The notes under the pieces were generated by a model. It did not search any database, was not told the DNA's origin, and saw only the letters and a list, made by a program, of their open reading frames with translations. From Eledone cirrhosa (Eukaryota): DNA of 64,000 nucleotides. Positions within the stretch are counted from its first letter, which is position 1. Each line of letters opens with the position of its first letter. The stretch is taken from contig OZ024750.1 in assembly GCA_964016885.1 (NCBI GenBank), positions 41,850,001 through 41,914,000 of the forward strand, read 5' to 3'. A program made the translations under genes and the position numbers. Shown piece after piece: positions 39,336 through 54,968 of the stretch.

Positions 39336-41519
39336 ATGGAGTCAAGTAAGTAAATAAATAAAATTAGATAACATGAAATGAAAAAAAAAAAAAAAAAAAA
39401 ATGAAATAAAGTAAATTGAGATAAGATATATATTTTTTTAGAATATATCTCTTGAATATATCAGGGGCCCACGAAGGCACTAAATGTCACAGTTATGTGT
39501 ATCACTTGACCAATTTTTTAAAATATATTTCTTGAGAACATCAGGGGCCCACGAAGGCACTAAGTGTCACAGTCACCAGTATCACTTGACCATTGCAAGG
39601 CAATGGAGGCGTCCCAGGTTGGGCAGTCTCGAAAGTTCACTCGAAAGTCATGGGTGTGCGTTCACACAGTTGAGCGGTGGGGTAATCACAAACCGGTTCA
39701 CACACCAATTTTTTAAAATATATTTCTTGAGAACATCAGGGGCCCACGAAGGCACTAAGTGTCACAGTCACCAGTATCACTTGACCATTGCAAGGCAATG
39801 GAGGCGTCCCAGGTTGGGCAGTCTCGAAAGTTCACTCGAAAGTCATGGGTGTGCATTCACACAGTTGAGCGGTGGGGTAATCACAAACCGGTTCACACAC
39901 CAATTTTTTAAAATATATTTCTTGAAAACATCAGGGGCCCACGAAGGCACTAAGTGTCACAGTCACCAGTATCACTCGAGCGGTGGGGTAATCACAAACC
40001 GGTTCACACACAGGCAGGAGACAAATGGTCAGAGAGGTGCATCAAAGGAGGTAGAAGAATTCACATGCATTAGCAGGCGAGGTGAGGTTAAAGCAAGCAG
40101 ATACAGTTGTAGCGCATACAAAATATATATAAAAAGACAGAAGATATATATAAAAAAATAGCTTCAAGAGCCATTAAGTTACCGCATTGGGACATCACAA
40201 GATTGTACACATCAATATGTTCAGCACGTATATGCACGTATACACACCACATGCAGATGCAGAGACGGTATACATATATATATATATATATTTTTTATAT
40301 ATACACACAGACACATATAACCACCTACACCCATACACATATAAATGTATACACGGGCACACACGCACACACACACAGCGTAGGACACCCGGGTCAAAGC
40401 CGAAATTAAATACGATATTAGATACGTTATTAAACACCGAAATACCACATTAGACCGTAGTTACTAACGGTCTGTGTACACTCGAATCGGTCAATGGCAC
40501 GTGCAGACATGAATATCTCCGTAGGATTTCAACTTTATTTTAATACATCTCATCGTATGTATTTGTTTTGAATATATTACCTGTGGTGGTGGGTCTGGTC
40601 TAATGTGGTATTTCGGTGTTTAATATCGTATCTAATATCGTATTTAATATCGGCTTTGACCCGGGTGTCCTACGCTGTGTGTGTGTGCGTGTGTGCCCGT
40701 GTATACATTTATATGTGTATGGGTGTAGGTGGTTATATGTGTCTGTGTGTATATATAAAAAATATATATATATATGTATACCGTCTCTGCATATGCATGT
40801 GGTGTGTATACGTGCATATACGTGCTGAACATATTGATGTGTACAATCTTGTGATGTCCCAATGCGGTGACTTAATGGCTCTTGAAGCTATTTTTTTATA
40901 TATATCTTCTGTCTTTTTATATATATTTTGTATGCGCTACAACTGTATCTGCTTGCTTTAACCTCACCTCGCCTGCTAATGCATGTGAATTCTTCTACCT
41001 CCTTTGATGCACCTCTCTGACCATTTGTCTCCTGCCTGTGTGTGAACCGGTTTGTGATTACCCCACCGCTCGAGTGATACTGGTGACTGTGACACTTAGT
41101 GCCTTCGTGGGCCCCTGATGTTTTCAAGAAATATATTTTAAAAAATTGGTGTGTGAACCGGTTTGTGATTACCCCACCGCTCAACTGTGTGAATGCACAC
41201 CCATGACTTTCGAGTGAACTTTCGAGACTGCCCAACCTGGGACGCCTCCATTGCCTTGCAATGGTCAAGTGATACTGGTGACTGTGACACTTAGTGCCTT
41301 TGTGGGCCCCTGATGTTCTCAAGAAATATATTTTAAAAAATTGGTCAAGTGATACACATAACTGTGACATTTAGTGCCTTCGTGGGCCCCTGATATATTC
41401 AAGAGATATATTCTAAAAAAATATATATCTTATCTCAATTTACTTTATTTCATTTTTTTTTTTTTTTTTTTTTTTATTTCATGTTATCTAATTTTATTTA
41501 TTTACTTACTTGACTCCAT

Positions 41520-41562
<43 letters not shown>

Positions 41563-42307
41563 TATTTAAATTTAAATTTAGATTTTAATTTTAAAATTTT
41601 AAAATTTAAATTTTAATTTTATTTATTTATTTAATTTTTATTTATTTATTTATTTATTTTATTTATTTATTTATTTATTTATTTAATTACATTTATTTAC
41701 ATTTATATTTACATTTAATTACATTTAATTATACATATAATTATAATTATACATTTGATTTTAATTATATCTTATATTATATTATTTTAATTTAGTCTAT
41801 GTTATTTGATTTTAGTTTACCTTATTTTATCTTATTTTACGATTATACTATATTATGTTCTATGTATATAATTTTTAATTTTTAATTTTATATTATTTTA
41901 TCTCATTCCTTACCCTATATTTTATATTTTATATGTAAGTTTGTTATGTATTTCTTTGTATTTCTTTTTATATATATTATAAGTCTGTTTTTTACCTATT
42001 TTTTACCTATTTTTTACCTACTCTTACCTAATCCCATTATCTTATCTACTCTTGTCTGTTCTCTTATCCATGTGTCTACTCTTGTCTGTTCTCTTATCCA
42101 TGTGTATGCTTGTATGTAACTATATGTTGACAGCACACCGCCCAACTGTGACTGATAGCACCCCTTATTTTTATTTTTATTTTTATTTTTATTTTTACTT
42201 TTATTTTTATTTTTATTTTTATTCTTATCCTCTATCGTCTATTATTACCTTTCATTCTTCAATGTCTTGGATTTGTTATTGCTTGTATGGTATGTAATTA
42301 ACCTTTA

Positions 42308-42353
42308 TGCTCTGATGAGTCCCACTTATAGTGCGGATGAAACAATGTTAGCA
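42308..42353 (+). ncRNA. Type I hammerhead ribozyme (right arm)
   Basis: tgct CTGATGA gtcccac-ttata-gtgcggat GAAA caatg TT agca. Confidence 0.88.
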
Positions 42354-42494
42354 AGTAAAGATATGCATATGCTATAAGCGTTCTTTGTTATTTATTTATT
42401 ATATTACGGCTCTGTCCTCAGACATTGAGCTAACCTCATACTGCCTGCTGGATAAGTGGAGTGTTATACACCCCTGATCCTTTCCCTAGCATAC

Positions 42495-44540
<2,046 letters not shown>

Positions 44541-44546
<6 letters not shown>

Positions 44547-47539
44547 TATGTACACGTACATACATATATGTATACCGACGTACAGTAGTATGTATATATA
44601 TATATACATACATGCACACATATATATATGCACGTATGGATTCACCGAACATTTATTATAATGCTCGGTGTGTTTGTAAACAAACATCCCGTATTAAGCC
44701 GTAGTGTCTAGCAACCACCGTTGCTCGTTTGTTCAACACTGACAAAGGAACGCTGTACCAGTTTCAAGCTTGTTAGCTATCGTCAGCAACGTATACCTAC
44801 CTGCCAGATTGTTGAACGTATATACTTACCTTATGCATATTGACGGCCGAGCAGCCCAATATGCATATCGAGTGGGTTAATCGGCCGGGTGCACCGAAAA
44901 CGATAAACGGAAAAAATGAAACGATATTTCATTTCCCACTCTTAGTACGGCTGTTACTTAAATATAAGTATGTACACGTACATACATATATGTATACCGA
45001 CGTACAGTAGTATGTATATATATATATACATACATGCACACATATATATATGCACGTATGGATTCACCGAACATTTATTATAATGCTCGGTGTGTTTGTA
45101 AACAAACATCCCGTATTAAGCCGTAGTGTCTAGCAACCACCGTTGCTCGTTTGTTCAACACTGACAAAGGAACGCTGTACCAGTTTCAAGCTTGTTAGCT
45201 ATCGTCAGCAACGTATACCTACCTGCCAGATTGTTGAACGTATATACTTACCTTATGCATATTGACGGCCGAGCAGCCCAATATGCATATCGAGTGGGTT
45301 AATCGGCCGGGTGCACCGAAAACGATAAACGGAAAAAATGAAACGATATTTCATTTCCCACTCTTAGTACGGCTGTTACTTAAATATAAGTATGTACACG
45401 TACATACATATATGTATACCGACGTACAGTAGTATGTATATATATATATACATACATGCACACATATATATATGCACGTATGGATTCACCGAACATTTAT
45501 TATAATGCTCGGTGTGTTTGTAAACAAACATCCCGTATTAAGCCGTAGTGTCTAGCAACCACCGTTGCTCGTTTGTTCAACACTGACAAAGGAACGCTGT
45601 ACCAGTTTCAAGCTTGTTAGCTATCGTCAGCAACGTATACCTTCCTGCCAGATTGTTGAACGTATATACTTACCTTATGCATATTGACGGCCGAGCAGCC
45701 CAATATGCATATCGAGTGGGTTAATCGGCCGGGTGCACCGAAAACGATAAACGGAAAAAATGAAACGATATTTCATTTCCCACTCTTAGTACGGCTGTTA
45801 CTTAAATATAAGTATGTACACGTACATACATATATGTATACCGACGTACAGTAGTATGTATATATATATATACATACATGCACACATATATATATGCACG
45901 TATGGATTCACCGAACATTTATTATAATGCTCGGTGTGTTTGTAAACAAACATCCCGTATTAAGCCGTAGTGTCTAGCAACCACCGTTGCTCGTTTGTTC
46001 AACACTGACAAAGGAACGCTGTACCAGTTTCAAGCTTGTTAGCTATCGTCAGCAACGTATACCTTCCTGCCAGATTGTTGAACGTATATACTTACCTTAT
46101 GCATATTGACGGCCGAGCAGCCCAATATGCATATCGAGTGGGTTAATCGGCCGGGTGCACCGAAAACGATAAACGGAAAAAATGAAACGATATTTCATTT
46201 CCCACTCTTAGTACGGCTGTTACTTAAATATAAGTATGTACACGTACATACATATATGTATACCGACGTACAGTAGTATGTATATATATATATACATACA
46301 TGCACACATATATATATGCACGTATGGATTCACCGAACATTTATTATAATGCTCGGTGTGTTTGTAAACAAACATCCCGTATTAAGCCGTAGTGTCTAGC
46401 AACCACCGTTGCTCGTTTGTTCAACACTGACAAAGGAACGCTGTACCAGTTTCAAGCTTGTTAGCTATCGTCAGCAACGTATACCTTCCTGCCAGATTGT
46501 TGAACGTATATACTTACCTTATGCATATTGACGGCCGAGCAGCCCAATATGCATATCGAGTGGGTTAATCGGCCGGGTGCACCGAAAACGATAAACGGAA
46601 AAAATGAAACGATATTTCATTTCCCACTCTTAGTACGGCTGTTACTTAAATATAAGTATGTACACGTACATACATATATGTATACCGACGTACAGTAGTA
46701 TGTATATATATATATACATACATGCACACATATATATATGCACGTATGGATTCACCGAACATTTATTATAATGCTCGGTGTGTTTGTAAACAAACATCCC
46801 GTATTAAGCCGTAGTGTCTAGCAACCACCGTTGCTCGTTTGTTCAACACTGACAAAGGAACGCTGTACCAGTTTCAAGCTTGTTAGCTATCGTCAGCAAC
46901 GTATACCTTCCTGCCAGATTGTTGAACGTATATACTTACCTTATGCATATTGACGGCCGAGCAGCCCAATATGCATATCGAGTGGGTTAATCGGCCGGGT
47001 GCACCGAAAACGATAAACGGAAAAAATGAAACGATATTTCATTTCCCACTCTTAGTACGGCTGTTACTTAAATATAAGTATGTACACGTACATACATATA
47101 TGTATACCGACGTACAGTAGTATGTATATATATATATACATACATGCACACATATATATATGCACGTATGGATTCACCGAACATTTATTATAATGCTCGG
47201 TGTGTTTGTAAACAAACATCCCGTATTAAGCCGTAGTGTCTAGCAACCACCGTTGCTCGTTTGTTCAACACTGACAAAGGAACGCTGTACCAGTTTCAAG
47301 CTTGTTAGCTATCGTCAGCAACGTATACCTTCCTGCCAGATTGTTGAACGTATATACTTACCTTATGCATATTGACGGCCGAGCAGCCCAATATGCATAT
47401 CGAGTGGGTTAATCGGCCGGGTGCACCGAAAACGATAAACGGAAAAAATGAAACGATATTTCATTTCCCACTCTTAGTACGGCTGTTACTTAAATATAAG
47501 TATGTACACGTACATACATATATGTATACCGACGTACAG
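44541..47539 (-). mobile_element. 7.1 x 422-bp tandem array, one hammerhead per unit (candidate non-LTR retrozyme)
   Basis: Marker ttcaccgaac recurs at 44641, 45063, 45485, 45907, 46329, 46751 and 47173; each unit carries CTGACGA...GAAActggTA on the minus strand. Confidence 0.88.
44741..44805 (-). ncRNA. Type I hammerhead ribozyme, unit 1 of 7 (others at +422-bp steps)
   Basis: ggcag..agg..acgttg CTGACGA t-agct-aaca-agct-t GAAA ctgg TA cagcgt.cct.ttgtc; predicted cleavage between 44756 and 44755. Confidence 0.9.
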
Positions 47540-47700
47540 AAATTCTTAATCTAGCGTATTTTCAAACCTTAATTCCTAGCGTATTTTCAAACCTCAATTC
47601 CTAATTACGTGGACCAATCATAAGCCAGAGCCCCCACGCATCCCCAGTATTATTATTACGCGGACCAATCAGAAGCCAGAGGCCTATACTATCGCTTGCC
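47540..47700. promoter_or_regulatory. Possible promoter-like spacer with a duplicated CCAAT module
   Basis: attacg(t/c)ggaccaatca..agccagag occurs twice (~47604 and ~47655), plus a short direct repeat ctagcgtattttcaaacct. Confidence 0.3.
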
Positions 47701-49752
47701 TGGTTGCCTTTCGATATATGATGGATGGATGGACTGCGGAATCCTGGAGAGTGGAGGAGAGAGAGAGAAATCTGGACGCTCAGCGACAATGCCAAAGATA
47801 AAGACAAATTCACCTCTTGGACGAGAATGCGAGCACTCCTCATTGTTTCGACCGCGGACGGCTAACATAACCCCATCGCCCCCCGCCCACCACCGCCCCC
47901 AACCCCCAAACGCAATCCAAAACTTCAGAGTTGGTACCATAAATGTAGGCACCCTAAAGGGTCGCGCTAACGAGGTTGTAGAAATGCTTGAACGTAAGGA
48001 GGTCGATGTTTGTTGTATTCAAGAGACCAGGTGGAGGGGTGGGTCTGCTAGATTCATTGAGGGTAAAAAACGATGTTATAAGCTTTTCTGGGTGGGAAAC
48101 GACGATGGGCTGGGCGGAGTAGGAATCATGGTAGCAGAAAAGTGGGCAGATAAGATAATAGACGTAAATAGAGTGAACGACAGAATAATTAAAATACGAC
48201 TTGTCCTCAATAGAACTACGGTGACAGTAATATCTGCGTACGCACCCCAATCCGGACTGCCCGGCACTATAAAAGACAGATTCTATGAGACACTGATGCT
48301 AACTACCTCCCAAATATCCGACAGTGACTATATAATTATTGCAGGCGACCTAAATGGTCACGTTGGACAACATTGTGACGGCTACGACGAAATCCATGGA
48401 GGCTATGGGTTTGGTACTAAAAATGAGGAAGGCTCCAGAATCCTGGAATTCTGTGATGCAAATAACCTAACTATCTGTAACACTAACTTCAAAAAAGGTG
48501 ACAATCACCTGATCACCTATAGATCCGGGGAACACACAAGCCAGGTAGATTATATCCTTACCAGAAGACGTGACAGAGTGTCTGTTGTAAACACTAAATC
48601 CCTCCCCCATGAAGAATGCACCTTCCAACATAGACTGATAATTAGCGACCTCATAGTCAGGACGAGACGTACTCGACAGCAGAAGAGGACTATCCTCAGG
48701 AGAAAAATATGGAAGCTAAAGGACCCCACAGCCAGGAATAAATTTCAAAGCATATTACTTGATGCTTTCGACAGTAAGGAAGAACATTTAGAGTCGGACA
48801 ATATAGAGGGAGAGTGGGAATTTCTGAAAGCAAACCTGCTGTTGGCGACAGACGAAGTCTGTGGCTGGAGCAGGCCTGTAGGCATGAGGAGAGTAACATG
48901 GTGGTGGAACAGTAAGGTGGAGGGGTCAATTAAGGCCAAAAAGCAGGCTTGGAAAGTATGGCGGGATGGGGGAAGTAGAGAAGACTATCAAGTGGCCAGG
49001 AGGGAAGCTAGGAGAGAAGTGTACTTAGCAAGAAGGGAAGCTGAGGAAAGAAAGTTCAAGCATGTTCTACAACGCGATGACCAAAAACGTGAGGTGTTCA
49101 GGATTGCTAGGCAATGCGTCAAGGAAAACCGTGATATTGTCGGGGAGAAGTGTGTACTTAACGATGATGGTGTACTTGCCATCACCGACGCTGATAAGAA
49201 GGTAGCTTGGAAGTGTCACTATGAAAGGCTACTAAATGAGGAGAATAAATGGGAGAAAGACAGTCTCCCCCATATCGACCCAATAGAGGGACCAGCAGTG
49301 TTAGTCGAGGGGAGTATAATAAGTAAGGCAATCAAGGATATGAAGACGGGTAAGGCGGCTGGGCCTTCGGAAATAGTTGCTGAGATGCTGAAGGCATCTG
49401 GCACGGTGGGACACACCATGGTCACCCGCATAGTTAACCAAGTCGTACAGAATGGGGTTGTTCCGAAGGACTGGCATAGCAGCATCATCGTTAACTGTTA
49501 TAAGGGTAAAGGAGACGCCCTAGATAGGAGTAACTATAGAGGCATTAAATTAATCGACCAGGTCATGAAGGTCACGGAAAAAGTAATAGCACAACTAATC
49601 AGAGAGAGAATTGACCTAGATGAAATGCAGTTCGGGTTTGTGTCAGGCAAAAGTACCACAGACGCTCTTTTCATTGTACGACAACTACAGGAGAAGTACC
49701 TAGCTAAAGGTAAACCCCTCTACTTAGCTTTTGTCGACTTGGAGAAAGCCTT
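47696..49752 (+). CDS. RTE LINE ORF, N-terminal part: APE endonuclease plus RT start, 3'-truncated
   Basis: GTINVGTL, DVCCIQETRW, SAYAP, AGDLNGHVG, QVDYIL, QHRL, then NYRGIKL..AFVDLEKAF; homology stops at 49752; probable ATG at 47726 or 47789. Confidence 0.92.
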
Positions 49753-50075
49753 CTGTTTTTCTGGACCCCTTTAGAAATAACCTGCTACTATAATAGCCCT
49801 AATAACTTGTCTGTGACATTGTACCACTTTGACCCCTCTAACTGAATTTTGTCCGAACAACACCACTAGAAGTATCTACTTCCCAGCCAACCTTAGCACG
49901 CCTCATTAAGCTAACTGCTGCCAAAACATTCTCTCTTCACAATCTCTACTAGTCTGACAGTCTTAAACCCTAAGACTCCATCCACCTTACTCACTTCCCT
50001 CTTCCCCTTCTCTTCCTACCTCCTTCTTTATCTTTTATCTAGTGTATGAAATATTTTCATATCATTCTAATACAA

Positions 50076-50192
50076 AGGTCTGATGACATGGTGTGTTGGC
50101 TTACAGTGTACTTTCGGTTTTTGATAATATTTGTGTATTATTCAAATAGCGAGGTATAGGTAACTCATACACTATAGAAACAATTGTTACCT
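50076..50192 (+). ncRNA. Hammerhead ribozyme with long stem II insertion
   Basis: aggt CTGATGA c-atggtgtg...tacactat-a GAAA caattg TT acct. Confidence 0.75.
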
Positions 50193-50232
50193 AATAAATT
50201 CTATATACCCGCATTTCCATTTCGTAAATTTT

Positions 50233-50280
<48 letters not shown>

Positions 50281-50294
50281 ATATATAAATATAT

Positions 50295-50459
<165 letters not shown>

Positions 50460-50654
50460 ACAAAGAAATTGTGGTAAGGAACCAGATGGACCATAACGCA
50501 CCAGAGTACTCAATACTTAGGGTAGTAGAGTGGGAAATAGGAAAAAGTATGACCCCGACGGCAGAGCTCAAGCCATCTTGATGGCTATTTCTGGACGAGT
50601 CCAGAAATAGCCGATGAAACGGCATGAGCTCTGCCGTCAGGGTCATACTTTTTC

Positions 50655-50699
<45 letters not shown>

Positions 50700-50822
50700 T
50701 ACATACATATATATATTCATATATATACACACTGCATATTTACTTATACATAGAGAATGCGCTGTGTTTCTTTGTATATAAGTGTGTGTGTGTGTAAATA
50801 CACATACATACTCTTGGAGATG

Positions 50823-51217
50823 GGGAGAGGCCCATGGCTTAGTGGTTAGAGCATTGGCCCCTTGCAATCGAAAGGTTGTGAGTTCAATTCTCAGAGTGGG
50901 TGATGTGTTGTTTCCTTGAGCAAGACACTTTATTTCACATTGCTCCAGTTTACTCAGCTGTAGAAATGAGATGATACAACTGGGGTCCCTATCATTCCAC
51001 TGCAAAGTGGTAGTGGAGGTGCCACGACAAAAAAAGCACCCAGCCCACACTGTAAAGTGGACGTGTAGGCGCCACGGAAAAAAAGCGCAGCCAGCACTCA
51101 CTGTAAATGAGGTTGGCGTTAGGAAGGGCATCCAGCTGTAGAAATCAAGCCAGAATCGGTTCCCGTCCCACCCTTGCAAGCAGGGAAAAGCGTACGTAAA
51201 ATGATGATGATGATGAT
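50823..51217 (+). mobile_element. Family 2 SINE (tRNA head plus RTE tail)
   Basis: A-box tggcttagtgg, B-box gagttcaattc, ccttgagcaagacactt, RTE-like tail, (GAT)n. Confidence 0.88.
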
Positions 51218-51227
51218 ATATATATAG

Positions 51228-51275
<48 letters not shown>

Positions 51276-51277
<2 letters not shown>

Positions 51278-51618
51278 AACAATTAAGTTAAAAATGTACA
51301 TCTACATATGCATACTGAAATACTAGTATGCATATGAATACACACACGTATACATATGTAGATGTACCAAGTCTTTCACTGGTTACTTTACTGTGAGTAT
51401 CCAGCTATTCTGTATGTAAACACACAGACAAACCGGTTTTTAGAGTCATACTGGTTTTTGAGGAAACACCTTTCCTCTATTCTCCAGAAAGCCAGACGAG
51501 GAATATTGAACTAGTGAAAGACTTGGTACATCTACATATGTATACGTGTGTGTATTCATATGCATACTAGTATTTCAGTATGCATATGTAGATGTACATT
51601 TTTAACTTAATTGTTTAA
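51276..51618. repeat. Inverted repeat, ~105-bp arms
   Basis: 51276-51380 is the reverse complement of 51513-51618. Confidence 0.85.
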
Positions 51619-51789
51619 GCGTCAGTCATACAAAAGTGAGTTACAAACGAAACGAAATTTAATTTCGTTTCGTTATTTGTTTGTATATATATATATATAT
51701 ATATAAAGGTTAAACAAGGTTCAATGAATAAATCAAAGAATGACTGAATCTTAACCATCTACTATGTCAGGGTATGTCATGCATCATCT

Positions 51790-51856
51790 TATTTTATCTG
51801 ATGAGGACGTACTGTTGAAGATACCTCAGTACCTCTGAAATATGTATAATAAAATA
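51790..51856 (+). ncRNA. Type I hammerhead ribozyme (family C)
   Basis: tattttat CTGATGA ggacgtactg..cagtacctct GAAA tatgta TA ataaaata. Confidence 0.85.
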
Positions 51857-52114
51857 TACTTGATCACACGAATGTCTATTTTTGTTAATATTTTGAATTA
51901 ATATATATATATATATTAGAAAGTGAGGTTTTTTTATAAAATGAAAAAAAAAGAGGTGTCCTACACGAGTGAAAGTATAAGGAAAAAAGAGGAAACGAAA
52001 ATGCAGCTGGAGTCTTTTTTTTTAAATATATTTATTTGGTTCCTTTACCGGTTTCGCAGCTCTAGTGCTTTTCAAAAGTAGAATTGAGATGGAGGGTTTG
52101 TGGTTTTTCTCACA

Positions 52115-52195
<81 letters not shown>

Positions 52196-52204
52196 GTATA
52201 GGAC

Positions 52205-52405
52205 TGAGGTCCCTATCATTCCACTGTAAAGTCGACGTGTAGGTGCCATGGCAAAAAAGGCACCCAGCACTCACTGTAAATGAGGTTGGTGTTAGGAAGG
52301 GTATCCAGCTGTAGAAATCAAGCCAGAATCAGTTCCCGTCCCACCCTTGCAAGCAGGGAAAAAGCGGACATAAAATGAAATGATGAATGATGATGATGAA
52401 ATGAT
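52205..52405 (+). mobile_element. Family 2 SINE 3' fragment
   Basis: Matches 50985-51217. Confidence 0.8.
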
Positions 52406-53104
52406 GTATAATATATATATATGTATAATATATATATACGTATAATAATAGTAATAAACGAAAGATATATACTTTATATCATCTCTAGTTATGTTATTAT
52501 ATATATTTTGAAGATGCAAAGTTTTATGTATAACATAAAACAAAAATACATAGGAGATGTATCATTTTTTCCTGATATGCTGGCAGACAAACAAGCTGGA
52601 CAGATCGGTGACCACCAAGCATATGACTAGAAAAACCTCAGCACATAAGGGGTTTACGTGACTGAGAGAAAACATTACAGTTGGTTTAAACGTTTCATAA
52701 ATTATTTAAAATATAGCGTAATTAGATTGGTAAAAAAAAAAAAAAAATTTGACCAATATTCAGTCTCTATAATCAATTAAGATAGGTATTAAATCAAATA
52801 TATATATTATATAAAAGGAAAAATATTCTAGGAAAACAAAAGAAGTATTATAAAAATATAATAATAAAGGGGGGGAAATTTTGGATTATAGAATTTGTAG
52901 GTAAGTTATCTTTGTTATGTATATTTAGATACTGAAATTATTGAGTAGAAAAGTATTTAATAATTGATATGGTTCTTTTTATATTTTATTTAAAAAAAAT
53001 ATATATATAGTTGATATCTAGGGAGTGTAAGGCCCTGTTACTGTAGGTTCACTGAAGGCATAGTTTCCAGTCGGCATATTGGTGGAGTACTAAGCAGAAT
53101 GTTA

Positions 53105-53280
53105 TTATAATAATTGTTTCTACTTTTGGCACAAGGCCAGCAATTACCCAGTGCATTACTGGTACTTTATTTTATCGACCCTGTAAGGATGAAAGGCAAA
53201 GTTAACCTCGGCGGGATTTGAACTCAGAATGGCAAGGGCCGTAACTCTATGTATGCGTCAAAGCATGGCGTTCGACCCTC
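53105..53280 (-). mobile_element. Family 1 SINE
   Basis: Reverse complement of 4749-4936. Confidence 0.88.
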
Positions 53281-53519
53281 AATAATAATAAAATGGACGA
53301 TTTGTTATGTCTCCATTACATTTATTGAGTAGTGACGCACGTTTTGCTATTGACCATTGCCACGGCAGAGGTCTGACAAGCTTTTGATTCCTGAGTCGAT
53401 CTAGGCGATCGATACAGATCGAACCTTGAACTGATCAATAACAAAACACGCATTGCAACTCAATAAACGAAGACATAACCAATAAATGAAGACATAACCA
53501 ATCGTCCTTTTTATTATAT

Positions 53520-53562
53520 ATACTAGCAGAAAAACCAGCCTTCGGGTGGTTTTCTGCTAGCT
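53520..53562 (-). other. Hairpin plus CTAG, possible Helitron-type 3' terminus
   Basis: ctagcagaaaa-accagcc-ttcg-ggtggt-tttctgctag adjacent to TA repeats. Confidence 0.35.
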
Positions 53563-53910
53563 TGTGTAGTGTGTATATTGATATTATACGCAGGTATATA
53601 TACATGTAGATATGATACATCAAATAAAATCGTAATTGACAATATATAATACAGAGAAATTGAACGAAGACTGTGTTACACTGTCTTATGTAATCAGTAA
53701 CGTAATCCATGATACATTAAAATAAGACGATATTATATATAAACTGCATTAGTGACGGAAATATATGAATGTTTATTTAAGCGATCGCTAACCGGAAGTG
53801 TTGACATTTGGAAATTTTAAAGAAGTGAATCTTTAAATAAGCAACAATATTATTTATATTTAATCAAGAATACCGAAATTTAGTAATATTCATTCATTAT
53901 TTATTCAAAG

Positions 53911-54105
53911 GGGCAGTGGAGTGGCAGTATCGGTAGAGGGTCGGACGCCATGCTTTGACGCATAGAGTTACGGCCCTTGCCATTCTGAGTTCAAATCCCG
54001 CCGAGATTAACTTTGCCTTTCATCCTTACGGGGTCGATAAAATAAAGTACCAGTAATGTACTGGGTAATTTGCTGGACTTGTGCCAATAGTAGAAACAAT
54101 TATTT
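53911..54105 (+). mobile_element. Family 1 SINE
   Basis: Full-length match to 4749-4936. Confidence 0.9.
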
Positions 54106-54204
54106 ATTCAAAGTAATCCAACTTATTTTACAAACGGGATAAAAAATATATATTCTGGATGCAGTCCCGCACTCCTTACTTTATTATAGTTTAGATACAT
54201 ATCA

Positions 54205-54763
54205 GGAGAGGCGGTTGCGTTGGTATGGACATGTGATGCGTTTGAAGGATGACAGCTGCATAAAAAGGTGCAGAACACTAGAAGTCGATGGAAGCCGCGG
54301 AGTGGGGAGACCGAAGAAGACATGGGATGAGGTGATAAAAGCCGATCTTACCCAATTGCACCTCTCAAAGGCGATGACACACGACCGTGACCTCTGGCAT
54401 CACGCAGTAATACAGAAGACCCCCCCCCCCCATGGATACAAGCCGAAGCTGAAGCATATAGACAATAATCCCTCACATCCTCCCACTGCAAAGTGGTCGT
54501 GGAGGTGCCACGGCAAAAAAGCACCCAGCCCACACTGCAAAGTGGACGTGTAGGTACCACGGGAAAAAAAAGCACCCAGCACTCACTGTAAATGAGGTTG
54601 GTGTTAGGAAGGGCATCCAGCTGTAGAAATCAAGCCAGAATCAGTTCCCGTATGAGCAAGACATGGTCAGCCGACCGGACACTGCCCACAACAGGACAAC
54701 ATGTCTAACCCATGCTAGCGTGGAAGAACGGACATAAACGGTGATGATGATGATGATGATGAT
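54205..54763 (+). mobile_element. RTE LINE 3' fragment (related subfamily)
   Basis: [37 protein letters not shown], plus 3' UTR and (GAT)n. Confidence 0.9.
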
Positions 54764-54861
54764 ATATGTTCGTATGAGGTCCCAGGCTCAATCGGGGGAG
54801 GGGGGTTAACCACAGTAAGTAAGGTACTCAATACATTAGTAGAGTGAATACAATGCAAGTC

Positions 54862-54913
54862 AGTTTTCCTGATGATTTCCTTTGAATGAAACAGTTCTAT
54901 TCCTGTAGAAGCT
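54862..54913 (+). ncRNA. Hammerhead ribozyme with a full stem III
   Basis: agttttc CTGATGA t-ttc-cttt-gaa-t GAAA cag-ttctattc-ctg TA gaagct; deleted paralog at ~8750-8816. Confidence 0.65.
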
Positions 54914-54968
54914 ATTTCTATATTAAATTTTGTTATATATATATGTGTGTGTGCATGTGTGCACGTGT

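Noticed and set aside
39484-41370. 225-aa and 160-aa ORFs inside the palindrome arms
   Set aside because: Built from 195-bp tandem units, no known motifs; mirrored only because of the inversion
50823-50900. tRNA gene-like sequences (also ~8296-8362 and ~61655)
   Set aside because: No complete cloverleaf; they are SINE heads
52040-52080. Hammerhead-shaped motifs with damaged cores (also ~43015-43070, ~34240, ~35995 and ~15895-16080)
   Set aside because: Core mutated (TTGAAAA, CTGTTGA) or stems unpaired; probably decayed, so not counted as ribozymes
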